The notes beneath the pieces are model-generated. The model was not told the DNA's origin. It searched no databases and worked only from the letters and a program-made list of their open reading frames with translations. Below are positions 19,282-29,217 of a DNA stretch of 64,000 nucleotides, piece by piece; positions within the stretch are counted from its first letter, which is position 1; each line of letters opens with the position of its first letter. Position numbers and translations under genes: made by a program. The stretch is from Flavobacteriaceae bacterium (lineage in GTDB: Bacteria; Bacteroidota; Bacteroidia; Flavobacteriales; Flavobacteriaceae). Location of the stretch: positions 46,083 through 110,082 of the forward strand of contig JAQWSN010000006.1 in assembly GCA_029243165.1 (NCBI GenBank), in the 5' to 3' direction.

Positions 19282-19839
19282 TTATTTTAAATCTTCTGTA
19301 AAAGATCCACTGTGTTTGCCTTTTGAAAATTTTTGTTGATTAAACTTTTTTGATGCTCCTTTAGCAATGCTTAGGGTTTTCCAATTTCTGCCTTGTACCA
19401 TCCGACCGATAAAGACGATTTGTCCTACGTGATATGCATAATGTGCGACCTGCCTATTGACGGCTTCCAGAATGCTGTGCTCTTGATTTCGGATTAAAAC
19501 ACGAGTATTTGTATGGGTTTCGTCTAAGGTTTCCAAGGCATTAAAAACACAAAGCCAACCCGTTTCCCAATGATCCAAGACCGCTTCTTTTGTTTGAAGC
19601 TTCTTTTCAAATTCTTGATCGCGGTTTCGCCAAGGTTTTTCTCCATCGGTGGACAAAAAATCCGTCCATCTAGATCGCATGTTGCCGTGCAAGTGATTCA
19701 CAAGGATCGCAATGGAGTTGGATTCAGCATTGAACTGCCAAAAGAAATCGTCCTCCTCCAGCTGAGAAAACGTTTTTTCTCCTAGGGTTTTGTAGTGTTT
19801 AAAATCTCTTAGGGCTGTATTTAAGTACTGAAGTAACAT
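19282..19839 (-). CDS. DinB-like (DUF1572) family protein
   Basis: 185 aa. Four-helix-bundle-type histidines (LVNHLHGN, AHYAYHVGQI). Confidence 0.55.
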   Translation of the reverse strand: MLLQYLNTALRDFKHYKTLGEKTFSQLEEDDFFWQFNAESNSIAILVNHLHGNMRSRWTDFLSTDGEKPWRNRDQEFEKKLQTKEAVLDHWETGWLCVFNALETLDETHTNTRVLIRNQEHSILEAVNRQVAHYAYHVGQIVFIGRMVQGRNWKTLSIAKGASKKFNQQKFSKGKHSGSFTEDLK

Positions 19840-19857
19840 ATTTTTTTGGACGCTTTT

Positions 19858-20670
19858 TCAGTTGTGTTCAAATAAAATTGGATTAAGAGGCGAATTGACC
19901 ACACTTCCAATTTCCACACCCGGGCACCAAGTTTCCCAGTCGTTTTGTTGTCCATCGTTTTCAGGGGCTTTTAGGGTAACGTCTTTATCCATGTAAATTA
20001 CGGTCATTACTTTACGTGTTTGTTCTGTGGTATTGGCTCCTGCACGGTGAAAAACCCATCCTGAGTGAAAGCTAACCTCACCCAGATCAAAAGCCTCAAT
20101 ACTGTGGGGAAAATCGTTGATCCTTAAATTTTTTTGAATGACTTGTTCACTGGTATCACTGATGGAAAGATCACGTCCCTTGAGTATCTTATGGCTCCCT
20201 GCGCTAAATTCCAAAGGTCCCATTTCTAGCGGAGTGGCTTGAAGGGGAATCCAGACAGTAATGGTTTTGGAACTGGACAAAGGCCAGTAATACTGATCTG
20301 CGTGCCAAGGCGTAATGCCCCCGCCAGCTTCTTTAAAAAGGGCTTGGTCGTGATACATTCGTACCCCGTCAACCTCCATTAAGTCAGCAGCTAACCGTGC
20401 CAGTCTTTTACTAAAAGTGAATGTTTTGATTTGCGGATCTTCCCGCCACAAATTAAACAATTGTACAAAAGCTTTACCATAGGTATCTCGTTCTTGAAGT
20501 GGGACTGCTTGCCGATTTAACTCATCCACCTTGTCGGTAATGATCTTGTTGTAATAAGCAAGCGTTTCTGCATCCAATACCTCTTTAAGTTTGATAAAGG
20601 CATTTTTTTTGTAAAAATCGATTTGATTTTGACTGAGAGGATAAGCTTGTTCTAAAATAGGAAAGCGCAT
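19858..20670 (-). CDS. phytanoyl-CoA dioxygenase (PhyH) family Fe(II)/2-OG oxygenase
   Basis: 270 aa. HxD facial-triad context TPWHADQYYW and distal FHSGWVFHRAG. Confidence 0.7.
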   Translation of the reverse strand: MRFPILEQAYPLSQNQIDFYKKNAFIKLKEVLDAETLAYYNKIITDKVDELNRQAVPLQERDTYGKAFVQLFNLWREDPQIKTFTFSKRLARLAADLMEVDGVRMYHDQALFKEAGGGITPWHADQYYWPLSSSKTITVWIPLQATPLEMGPLEFSAGSHKILKGRDLSISDTSEQVIQKNLRINDFPHSIEAFDLGEVSFHSGWVFHRAGANTTEQTRKVMTVIYMDKDVTLKAPENDGQQNDWETWCPGVEIGSVVNSPLNPILFEHN

Positions 20671-20814
20671 AATAGTTAAACCATTTTTTGTTTTCCTAAA
20701 GATACAAAGAGTTGAGGAGATGAAGTCAAATGCTTAAATGAGGATACAATTTAGAGTCGGTAAAGATTTAGATTTCTAGATATTCAGATTTTCCAGTTGA
20801 TTTCCTATGAGTAA

Positions 20815-21375
20815 TTAACCCCCTGTTTCTCCTTCCTTTTTGACTATTTCGTAGCAATAATGTTTTTTAAGTTCGGGACGTATGATGCCATCTGGGTGAT
20901 CAAAAACACCTATTTTTTTCATGCCAATTTTCTTCATGACATTTTCGGATTTAATGTTCTTTAGGTTGCAGACCGAGATTATCCGGGTTAACCCCAACTC
21001 ATTAAATGCATATTCTAGGCATCTTTGTGCGCCTTCGGTAGCATAGCCTTTTCCCCAGGCCTTTTTTTTCAATCTCCAGCCCATGTCAATGGCGGGAGTG
21101 AAATCGGATTTGTAATCTTGGTGTGCAAGACCAATCATTCCAATAAATTCCTGTGTTTCCAAAATTTCTGTTGCATAGTAGGTAAAACCCTTTTTTAAAA
21201 AATGATTTTGAAGTTTTTCCATTAAAGATTTGACTTCCTTTTTTGACAAAGTTTTTGGGAAGTGTTCCATCACATCTACATCTGAATTTAGCAAAGAAAA
21301 TTCTTTAAAATCTTCATTTTTCCAATTTCGAAATCCCAGTCTTTTCGATTTGAAAATATATTGGCTTGTATTCAT
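20815..21375 (-). CDS. GNAT acetyltransferase, RimJ/RimL-like
   Basis: Track ORF starts at TTG 21420; I prefer ATG 21375 (MNTSQYIF..). Motif A KKAWGKGYATEGA. Confidence 0.75.
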   Translation of the reverse strand: MNTSQYIFKSKRLGFRNWKNEDFKEFSLLNSDVDVMEHFPKTLSKKEVKSLMEKLQNHFLKKGFTYYATEILETQEFIGMIGLAHQDYKSDFTPAIDMGWRLKKKAWGKGYATEGAQRCLEYAFNELGLTRIISVCNLKNIKSENVMKKIGMKKIGVFDHPDGIIRPELKKHYCYEIVKKEGETGG

Positions 21376-21461
21376 TTGTTGATTTTTATTTTCTTCCAAT
21401 TTCAGGAATCTCCCTTGCAATGCAAAATCAATTTTTTCTTGTAATTGTTATGCAAGATAGC

Positions 21462-22058
21462 TCATAATGCGTTTATTTTTTTTTGAACCGCACTGGGCTG
21501 TCTTTTTAATAATTCTGCAACTTTATCAATCCGTCCAAATACATCATAGGCTCTTTTCATTAAACGTATTTCTTTGTCACTCCACCTTTCATAGGCTCTT
21601 TCATAGAGTTTTCTGGTTTCTAATTGTGAGAAGCTAAATTTTGACTCCTCTTTGCGGGGAAGATTTGCAACATATTTTTTTCCTTTTTGTATGAGTTGGT
21701 TAATCTCTTCTTCCGTTAATTTTGGTGCGATCAATTCTTTTTTTTCATTAACAAAATTGGATTGAACAGTTTCTGTTTTTGTTCTGTAAAAGTGCCACTC
21801 AAGATGCTCAGGGTTTGTTTTACTGTATTGAAATTTGCATTGAGGTATGAGATGGAGCCCTCCTTTTTCTTTTAGGTTTTTTAAAAATCTCCGAAAATGA
21901 CTTCCGTTGTTTTTATCCCTTTCTATCAGTTTTTTTCTAGCCAAAATAGGATACAAATCGGTACTTCTCAGGTCATCTTTATTGATATCCTCAAGATGTT
22001 TTTGAATAGCTCTGCTAATTCTTCTTGCTTTTTGAAATTCTTCGTGGCTGATTTTCAT
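21462..22058 (-). CDS. orphan basic protein with Myb/SANT-like C-terminal helix bundle
   Basis: 198 aa, Lys/Arg-rich. C-terminus WSDKEIRLMKRAYDVFGRIDKVAELLKRQPSAVQKKI resembles a Myb/SANT repeat. No other family recognised. Confidence 0.35.
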   Translation of the reverse strand: MKISHEEFQKARRISRAIQKHLEDINKDDLRSTDLYPILARKKLIERDKNNGSHFRRFLKNLKEKGGLHLIPQCKFQYSKTNPEHLEWHFYRTKTETVQSNFVNEKKELIAPKLTEEEINQLIQKGKKYVANLPRKEESKFSFSQLETRKLYERAYERWSDKEIRLMKRAYDVFGRIDKVAELLKRQPSAVQKKINAL

Positions 22059-22283
22059 TTGAATACATAAAATTTTACCCGTAGCATTTACGTCAATAGG
22101 GAGTCAAATCAATACAAGAGATTTTTAAATGTGGAACATTCCATTTCACTTTTCCAAAAATAAATGGCTTATTCAATGAAGAAGTCATCCAAATAGTCAT
22201 CTGCTGTTTCCCTGAAAAAGCTGTAGAGTGTAGGTTTTTCATTTTAAATTTCTGATTTGGTAGTTGGGTAAACCAAATGTAAT

Positions 22284-22310
22284 AAAAAAAGCCTTCACTA
22301 GGAAGGCTTT
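22284..22310 (-). terminator. rho-independent terminator after lpdA
   Basis: Minus strand reads AAAGCCTTC-CTAGT-GAAGGCTTT followed by T7, starting about 23 nt after the lpdA stop. Confidence 0.75.
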
Positions 22311-22332
22311 AAATCATTTAAAAGGGGTTTGC

Positions 22333-23721
22333 TTACAGATGAATCACTTCATCATAAGCATCGGCAACAGCTTCCATTACTGCCTCGCTCATGGTCGGGT
22401 GGGGGTGAACAGCTTTAAGGACTTCGTGTCCTGTGGTTTCCAATTTCCGACCCAAGACCGCTTCTGCAATCATGTCCGTTACTCCTGTACCAATCATGTG
22501 GCAGCCAAGCCATTCGCCGTATTTGGCATCAAAAATTACTTTGACAAAGCCTTCGGAGTTTCCACCTGCTTGGGCTTTACCCGATGCAGAAAAGGGAAAT
22601 TTTCCAACTTTAATATCAAAGCCTTTTTCTTTGGCTTGAGCTTCAGTAAGTCCTACGGAAGCAATTTCGGGAGAACAATACGTACAGCCGGGTACGTTTC
22701 CGTAATCCAGCGGTTCTACATGGTGTCCCGCAATTTTTTCTACACAAAGAATACCCTCGGCTGAGGCAACGTGAGCCAGCGCTTGTCCTTGAGTTACATC
22801 ACCAATGGCGTAGTAACCCGGTAGGTTGGTTTGATAAAAGTCATTGACTAAAATCTTGTCTCGATCCACCACAATTCCAACTTCTTCTAAGCCGATATTT
22901 TCAATATTGGTTTTAATTCCTACGGCAGAAAGTACGATATCCGCATGCAGTACTTCTTCGCCTTTGGAGGTTTTTACAGTAGCTTTAACTCCCTTTCCTT
23001 TGGTGTCAACGCCCGTCACTTCGGCATGGGTTAAAATTTTAATACCACTCTTTTTAAAAGAACGTTCCAATTGTTTGGACACTTCTTCGTCTTCAACGGG
23101 AACGATACGGTCTAAATATTCAACGATGGTTACTTCCGTTCCCATGGCATTGTAGAAATAGGCAAACTCAATTCCGATGGCACCCGATCCTACTACGATT
23201 AATTTTTTAGGTTGTTTGGGGAGGGTCATGGCCTCACGATAACCGATTACCTTTTTACCGTCTTGCGGTAGGCTAGGCAATTCGCGCGAACGTGCACCTG
23301 TAGCGATGATGATATGTTGAGCTTGGTATTCTTCCGTTTTTTTGCCTTGAGTTACGGCTACCTTTTTACCGGCAAGGATTTTACCAAAACCGTCAAGTAC
23401 ATCGATTTTATTTTTTTTCATCAAAAACTGAACGCCCTTGCTCATGCCTCCAGCTACGTTTCTACTCCGATTTACAACTGCATCAAAGTCTTTATCGTAT
23501 TCTTTTACCGTAAGTCCGTAATCTCCTGCATGTTTGAGGTATTCAAACACTTGGGCTGATTTTAATAAGGCTTTGGTAGGAATACACCCCCAATTGAGAC
23601 ATACGCCTCCGAGGCTTTCTTTTTCAACGATGGCGGTTTTAAAACCCAATTGTGAAGCACGAATCGCAGTGACGTATCCTCCGGGTCCGCTTCCTAAAAC
23701 TATGATGTCATATGCAGTCAT
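22333..23721 (-). CDS. lpdA: dihydrolipoyl dehydrogenase (E3)
   Basis: 462 aa. FAD motif VLGSGPGGY, redox-active disulfide GGVCLNWGCIPTK and C-terminal HPHPTMSE. Confidence 0.95.
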   Translation of the reverse strand: MTAYDIIVLGSGPGGYVTAIRASQLGFKTAIVEKESLGGVCLNWGCIPTKALLKSAQVFEYLKHAGDYGLTVKEYDKDFDAVVNRSRNVAGGMSKGVQFLMKKNKIDVLDGFGKILAGKKVAVTQGKKTEEYQAQHIIIATGARSRELPSLPQDGKKVIGYREAMTLPKQPKKLIVVGSGAIGIEFAYFYNAMGTEVTIVEYLDRIVPVEDEEVSKQLERSFKKSGIKILTHAEVTGVDTKGKGVKATVKTSKGEEVLHADIVLSAVGIKTNIENIGLEEVGIVVDRDKILVNDFYQTNLPGYYAIGDVTQGQALAHVASAEGILCVEKIAGHHVEPLDYGNVPGCTYCSPEIASVGLTEAQAKEKGFDIKVGKFPFSASGKAQAGGNSEGFVKVIFDAKYGEWLGCHMIGTGVTDMIAEAVLGRKLETTGHEVLKAVHPHPTMSEAVMEAVADAYDEVIHL

Positions 23722-23778
23722 GAAATGCTGTTTAAATTCTGTGCAAAGTTACAAAACTGAGTGCAATTTTTAGGTATT

Positions 23779-24189
23779 TTATTTTTCCTTGGGTTGAAAA
23801 CGAATACTGGCAGAGTTTACACAGTAACGTTCTCCCGTTGGGGTAGGACCGTCTTGAAATACGTGACCCTGATGACCTCCACAATGGGCACAAATAATTT
23901 CTGTACGGATCATGCCGTGGGTTGTGTCACGAATGTATTCCAAGGCACCCTCTATTGCTGCATCATAACTGGGCCAACCACAGCTACTGTCAAACTTATT
24001 GGTAGAATTGTAAAGAGGCGTACCACAGCCTTTACATTCGTAAATACCTTCTTCAAAATGCGTATTGTATTTTCCGCTAAAGGGATATTCGGTTCCTTTT
24101 TCTCTTAAAATACGATAGGATTCTGTGTCCAGTTCTGATTTCCATTCGTCCTCTGTTTTTTGAAGGGGAAAGGGCTTAAGGTTTTTCAT
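23779..24189 (-). CDS. msrB: peptide-methionine (R)-S-oxide reductase MsrB, cytoplasmic
   Basis: 136 aa. Two CxxC zinc motifs (CKGCGTPL, CAHCGGHQGH) and catalytic RYCVNS. Confidence 0.9.
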   Translation of the reverse strand: MKNLKPFPLQKTEDEWKSELDTESYRILREKGTEYPFSGKYNTHFEEGIYECKGCGTPLYNSTNKFDSSCGWPSYDAAIEGALEYIRDTTHGMIRTEIICAHCGGHQGHVFQDGPTPTGERYCVNSASIRFQPKEK

Positions 24190-24667
24190 CTGTAGGAATA
24201 AAATTTAACGCTGCGGAATTGATACAATGGCGCATTCCCGTGGTTTCTCGTGGACCGTCATTAAAGGCATGACCCAAATGACCCCCGCATTTGTTGCATT
24301 TGAGTTCGGTTCGGGGATACCCGATTTTGTAATCCACGTCGTATTCCAAATTGGCATCAATACCACGATCAAAAGAGGGCCAACCACTTTTAGAATCGTA
24401 TTTGTACTGAGACTGGTACAGTGGAGCCTGACAGCCAGCACAAACATAAGTCCCCGCTTTTTTATTGTCATTTAAAGGCCCTGTAAAAGCGCGTTCAGTA
24501 CCTGATTTCCGCAAAACATAATAAGCCATATCGGGCAGGGCTTCCTTCCATTCGGCATCGGTTTTGGTAACTGCGTAGGTTTTTGTTTTTTGTTCTTTCT
24601 TTTCTTGTGAATTTCCTTTGCATCCAACAAGCAGCATCAACAGAAGGACATAGGTATAGGTTTTCAT
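24176..24667 (-). CDS. msrB: MsrB paralog with lipoprotein signal peptide (exported)
   Basis: 163 aa. Lipobox in MKTYTYVLLLMLLVGC. CAGCQAPL, CNKCGGHLGH and catalytic RHCINS. Its last 14 nt overlap the start of the downstream msrB. Confidence 0.85.
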   Translation of the reverse strand: MKTYTYVLLLMLLVGCKGNSQEKKEQKTKTYAVTKTDAEWKEALPDMAYYVLRKSGTERAFTGPLNDNKKAGTYVCAGCQAPLYQSQYKYDSKSGWPSFDRGIDANLEYDVDYKIGYPRTELKCNKCGGHLGHAFNDGPRETTGMRHCINSAALNFIPTDEKP

Positions 24668-24751
24668 TTCTCAAATTTTTATCAAAGCTAATTAAACTTT
24701 TCGAGGAGTAAAAAAAGGTTTTGTACATTTAAAATTCGAAACCCCATTCTT

Positions 24752-25555
24752 ATGAAAAAAACCATTCTTTTACTTTTCGTTTTTTTACTCAGCAGTTGTA
24801 AAGTCAATCAACTCACGGGCAAAAAAACATTCAATGCCTTTTCGAATAAACAATTTTTTCCAATGGCTTTAACCCAGTACCAAAATTTTTTAAAAGAGCA
24901 TACGGTTGTAAAAAATACAGCTAGCAGCAGAGAAATAAAAAACATTGGTGAGCGTATTGCAAAGGCAGCTCAAGACTTTTTTGAATACAAAGGAGCCCCA
25001 GAATACTTAAAAGACTATGCGTGGGAGTACAATTTGGTCAAGGATAATCAAAAAAATGCCTGGTGCATGCCGGGAGGTAAAATTGTGTTTTACACGGGCA
25101 TACTTCCCATAGCCAAAAACGTGGACGGCATCGCTGCTATTATGGGGCATGAAGTAGCCCATGCATTATTGGATCACGGAGGGCAGCGCATGACTTTGAG
25201 TTTAGCACAACAAGGTTTGAGCTTAGTAGCACTAAAGACCACAGAAAATCAACCTGAAAAGAAACGAAAAGCCATCATGACGGCTTATGGTATTGGCAGT
25301 ACCGTAGGGGCTGTGTTGCCCTTTAGTAGAAAACACGAGACCGAAGCCGACCGAATTGGTCTAGAGTTAATGGCCATTGCAGGATTTAATTCTGAAGAAG
25401 CACCCAAGCTGTGGGAACGAATGCAAGCTGCCTCGGGAGGAAAAACCCAGCCTGAAATTTTAAGTACTCACCCATCCAATCAGCGAAGAATCAATGACTT
25501 AACACTATGGATTCCTGAAGCGAAAAAACGCGCCAAGCAAATCAACAGAAATTGA
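24752..25555 (+). CDS. M48-family zinc metallopeptidase lipoprotein
   Basis: 267 aa. Lipobox LLSSC. HEVAHAL zinc motif and downstream ETEADRIG. Confidence 0.85.
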   Translation: MKKTILLLFVFLLSSCKVNQLTGKKTFNAFSNKQFFPMALTQYQNFLKEHTVVKNTASSREIKNIGERIAKAAQDFFEYKGAPEYLKDYAWEYNLVKDNQKNAWCMPGGKIVFYTGILPIAKNVDGIAAIMGHEVAHALLDHGGQRMTLSLAQQGLSLVALKTTENQPEKKRKAIMTAYGIGSTVGAVLPFSRKHETEADRIGLELMAIAGFNSEEAPKLWERMQAASGGKTQPEILSTHPSNQRRINDLTLWIPEAKKRAKQINRN

Positions 25556-25606
25556 AATGGATTAATCGATTTGATTTTGTTACATTGGTGGTATTAAACA
25601 ATCATA

Positions 25607-26929
25607 ATGCCATCACTAAGAGTTCCTTTAGAAAAAGGAAGTAAAAAATTAATCAATGCTTGGGCTTTTTACGACTGGGCAAATTCAGTTTACACACTCG
25701 TTATTTCATCTGCAATTTTCCCCATTTACTTCGGAGCTTTATTTACTGATGTCAATACCATTTCTTTTTTTAATTACGATATTAAAAACACTGCAGTAAT
25801 TAGTTTTGTTACTGCTTTTGCCTTTGTTATTGTCGCTTTTATTTCTCCCCTTTTGTCAGGAATTGCCGATTACATAGGAAATAAGAAAAAGTTTATGAAA
25901 ATCTTCGTTTACTTAGGTTCTTTGTCTTGTGTTGGCCTTTATTTTTTTGAGCTAGAAACAATTTACATGGGCTTGTTCTTTTACTTTTTAGCCATGATTG
26001 GAATTTGGGCCAGTTTGGTGTTTTACAATTCTTATTTGCCTGATATTGCCTATCCGGAACAACAAGATCGTGCTAGTGCACGTGGGTTTTCCATGGGATA
26101 CATTGGTAGTGTACTTCTTTTATTGGTAAATCTTGCCATGGTTATGGAACCTCATTGGTTTGGAATTTCAGGAAGTCCTAAAGAAGCCTCGATGGAAGCA
26201 ATGCGATATTCTTTTGTTTCCGTAGGAATTTGGTGGTCTTTTTTTAGCCAGTATTCCTTTTATTACCTTCCAAAGGGTAATCATGAAGTCAAGGTTACTA
26301 AAGATATTTTTTGGAACGGGTTTAGGGAGCTTAGATCAGTTTGGAATCAATTAGAACATCATTTGGGTATCAAACGCTTCTTACCCGCTTTTTTCTTGTA
26401 CAGTATGGCTTTACAAACCGTCTTGCTTGTGGCTGCCTATTACGGTGAACAAGAAATTGCTTGGGCCAGTTCCAGTGAAAAAACCATTGGCTTAATAGTC
26501 AGTATTTTATTAATTCAAATTGTAGCAATTTTTGGTGCCATACTCACCGCACGTGCTTCAGAACGTTTTGGTAATATTCCTGTTTTGATCGTGATCAATG
26601 GGATTTGGGCGATTCTTTGCGTGGTGGCTTATTACACCCAGACCCCTATGCAGTTTTACATTGTGGCTGGTTTTGTCGGATTGGTGATGGGAGGCATGCA
26701 ATCACTCTCCCGATCAACGTATTCCAAACTCTTGCCCGAGACCCAAGATACAACCTCATTTTTTAGTTTTTATGACGTTACCGAAAAAATCGGTATCGTG
26801 ATAGGAATGTTGTGCTTTGGTTTAATCGATCATATTTCAGGCAGTATGCGCAACAGTATTTTGTTTTTTATTGTGTTTTTTATTTTGGGGGGTGTCATGC
26901 TGATGCGCATCCCGCTAAAACGGACTTAA
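25607..26929 (+). CDS. MFS transporter (UMF1/Atg22-like)
   Basis: 440 aa with about 12 hydrophobic segments. N-terminus WAFYDWANSVY is typical of the UMF1 family. Confidence 0.7.
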   Translation: MPSLRVPLEKGSKKLINAWAFYDWANSVYTLVISSAIFPIYFGALFTDVNTISFFNYDIKNTAVISFVTAFAFVIVAFISPLLSGIADYIGNKKKFMKIFVYLGSLSCVGLYFFELETIYMGLFFYFLAMIGIWASLVFYNSYLPDIAYPEQQDRASARGFSMGYIGSVLLLLVNLAMVMEPHWFGISGSPKEASMEAMRYSFVSVGIWWSFFSQYSFYYLPKGNHEVKVTKDIFWNGFRELRSVWNQLEHHLGIKRFLPAFFLYSMALQTVLLVAAYYGEQEIAWASSSEKTIGLIVSILLIQIVAIFGAILTARASERFGNIPVLIVINGIWAILCVVAYYTQTPMQFYIVAGFVGLVMGGMQSLSRSTYSKLLPETQDTTSFFSFYDVTEKIGIVIGMLCFGLIDHISGSMRNSILFFIVFFILGGVMLMRIPLKRT

Positions 26930-27627
26930 TTTCGAATGTTAATATCTCCTGATCCCGTCATTTTGGTTTGCTGGATTTTAGGATTTCCATAACAGACAAT
27001 ATCTCCGGAACCTGTCACGCTTGCGTTAAGTGTACTTCGTGCGTGCATTTCAATATCTCCTGAGCCAGTAACCCTAGCATGAGCACTTTCTGCTTCAAAC
27101 TCTTCTGCATTGATATCCCCAGAGCCTGTAATTTTATAAGAAACATGGGAAGCCTTACCTTGCAGACTGATGTCACCCGATCCTGTGAGTACGCCTTCAA
27201 ATTCTTCTGTATCGATTTCTAAGTCAATTTCTCCTGAACCGGAAAGCGTGACATCAAAATTATCTGAACGCAGTAAATGATTGGAACTGATGCTTCCCGA
27301 TCCGCTGAGTACGACCTTATCAATATCTTCAACAGGTAGATTGATGGTGACGCGTCCTGAGTCCCAATTGCTAAACCAGGATGTTTTTTCTTGTTTGATG
27401 ATTAGTACACCATTTTTTACATAGGTTTCAATTTTTTCTAAATCATCAGGATCACCGTTTAGGGTAATGGTTCCTTCTGAGCCTTGAGTCAGCGTAACAT
27501 CATAATGTCCCGCAACACTGACCCCATCAAAAGAGCTAATTTTTCGAGTTTCAGTTTGCGCAAAAAGGAGGCTGGAGGCAAAAAATAGACTTGCAAGCGG
27601 GAGGGTAAATAGGTTAATTGATTTCAT
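26926..27627 (-). CDS. GIN-domain (DUF2807) beta-helix protein with seven (T/S)GSG(D/E/S)I repeats, exported
   Basis: 233 aa. Signal peptide. Periodic SGSGSI/SGSGEI/TGSGDI motifs roughly every 17-25 residues. Confidence 0.75.
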   Translation of the reverse strand: MKSINLFTLPLASLFFASSLLFAQTETRKISSFDGVSVAGHYDVTLTQGSEGTITLNGDPDDLEKIETYVKNGVLIIKQEKTSWFSNWDSGRVTINLPVEDIDKVVLSGSGSISSNHLLRSDNFDVTLSGSGEIDLEIDTEEFEGVLTGSGDISLQGKASHVSYKITGSGDINAEEFEAESAHARVTGSGDIEMHARSTLNASVTGSGDIVCYGNPKIQQTKMTGSGDINIRN

Positions 27628-27650
27628 GAGTAGTTAAGATTAATGTTTGG

Positions 27651-28718
27651 TTAAAAAAGAGTTTTATTTAATTTGACCACACCAAATTCAGAGTTGATGT
27701 GTAAACGGTTTGTTGAGTTTTCATTAGTAAAATAGCCTTTGTATTTTTTGTTGGTATGATCTTCCCTTTGAATTAGATGTTGAAGCGGAAAACTAGTTTT
27801 TAAACTAGCAAATTCTAGTGCGATGTCATAGGTAAAATCCCAGTCGGGATCTATTCCAATATGAACTCCCGTGTATTCAGAGTTAATGCTAAGTGTGGTT
27901 GCAGACGGATTGATATGGGCGATGCGTATGGAACCAAAATTTTGATTGAGATCTAATTTTTGAAAGAGGGTTTCTACACGAAGGGTGAGAAAATCACCTA
28001 CACCGTTAAGTTCATTGATTTTATCCACATTCAGTTTTCCATAATCGTTACGAAATTTTAATTTTTCCAAAGTGTTAAAACGGGAGTTGGAATAATCCGC
28101 TACCAAGGAAATTGCTCCTGCTTCTAAAACTTCAAAGTCTGAAAAATCGGCACGTATTTCGCCTCCCTTAATAAAGTCAATGGTCGAATTTTTAGTGTAA
28201 TCAAAAGAGATCAAATTATCCTCATGATGTAAGTCGCCTAGGACAAGTTTTCCAAAATCACAACTGATTTCAGCTCGACCCGCTAATTCATTGAGCAAAA
28301 TAGCTCCGTAGTCGTTTTCCAGATCAACCGAACTGGAGCGGGGAAGTTTTACCGTGTAATCGATTCGAAAGTGCAGCTTTGATCCTTTAAACCATTTAAA
28401 CCCCCAGTCTTTATCAATTAAAGTTTCTGCGCTAACACGCTCAGGGGAGAGACTAAAATCCACGTCAATTTGATCCAGTTTTTCATTGATGCGTTTCTGA
28501 TTGCTTCCTTTTACTGAAATTACCACATCAATAACTACTTTGTTTTCTTCCCAACTGCTGATCTTGACATCACCAAATTGGTTATTGATTTTAACCAAAA
28601 CGTTAGAATTAACATTTACTTCTTTATGGATTTCTTTGCTTGTGTATTGGATTGCGAAGGATGAAAGACACATCCCTAGAATAAAAAGTGAGGATAATTT
28701 AAATTTTAAAGTCTTCAT
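27651..28718 (-). CDS. DUF4097-like putative adhesin / beta-helix protein, exported
   Basis: 355 aa. Signal peptide. Repeated N-x-(F/Y)G-x-(I/V/L) strand pattern (NQFGDVKI, NDYGAILL, CDFGKLVL, NDYGKLNV, QNFGSIRI). Confidence 0.6.
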   Translation of the reverse strand: MKTLKFKLSSLFILGMCLSSFAIQYTSKEIHKEVNVNSNVLVKINNQFGDVKISSWEENKVVIDVVISVKGSNQKRINEKLDQIDVDFSLSPERVSAETLIDKDWGFKWFKGSKLHFRIDYTVKLPRSSSVDLENDYGAILLNELAGRAEISCDFGKLVLGDLHHEDNLISFDYTKNSTIDFIKGGEIRADFSDFEVLEAGAISLVADYSNSRFNTLEKLKFRNDYGKLNVDKINELNGVGDFLTLRVETLFQKLDLNQNFGSIRIAHINPSATTLSINSEYTGVHIGIDPDWDFTYDIALEFASLKTSFPLQHLIQREDHTNKKYKGYFTNENSTNRLHINSEFGVVKLNKTLF

Positions 28719-29217
28719 AATTTGTGTTTTGAATGGTTTTGAGGGTTGTGTTGATTTCAGTAAGCAGGTTGATTTGAATATTTAAATTATTGATCAGCGC
28801 ATGAATAAGTTGCGATTGATTGGGGTTAATTTCCCATTGTTCGTAGAGTTTGTGATAATCGTTTTGAATGGATTTGAGTTTGCTTTTGCTTCGTTCCAAT
28901 ATTTCTTTTGTAGCTGGGCTACTGTTGTACTCGAAGGAGTTCATTTGTTCTTCTATGAGTTGCATCAGATGAGTTTCTGCTTTTTGGAATCGAATGATTT
29001 CAGGTGTAGTTTGTTCTTGAGAAAGTTGGAAAACACCACCCAAACCAATAAATACAAGGGCTGCCGCCGCCCATTGCATAAAATATCTTTGTTGTCTTCT
29101 TTTTTTACGTTTGCTAAGCTGGGTAAAAAAATGAGTTGCATGATCGGGTTCAAGTGGGGGAGCTATTTGCGTTTGTTCCCACTTGCGAAATTGTTCTTTA
29201 AGCTCTTGTTCTTTCAT
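28699..29217 (-). CDS. putative anti-sigma factor (single-pass membrane protein)
   Basis: 172 aa. One TM (WAAAALVFIGLGGVF) after a basic stretch. Overlaps the upstream ECF sigma gene by 20 nt. Confidence 0.55.
   Translation of the reverse strand: MKEQELKEQFRKWEQTQIAPPLEPDHATHFFTQLSKRKKRRQQRYFMQWAAAALVFIGLGGVFQLSQEQTTPEIIRFQKAETHLMQLIEEQMNSFEYNSSPATKEILERSKSKLKSIQNDYHKLYEQWEINPNQSQLIHALINNLNIQINLLTEINTTLKTIQNTNYEDFKI

Noticed and set aside
22264-24108. Chain of plus-strand ORFs (66-166 aa) overlapping lpdA and msrB
   Set aside because: They lie antisense to genes with unambiguous motifs (GGVCLNWGCIPTK, RYCVNS). Their products are low-complexity or Ser/Thr/Phe-rich with no recognisable domains. 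They are typical shadow ORFs.
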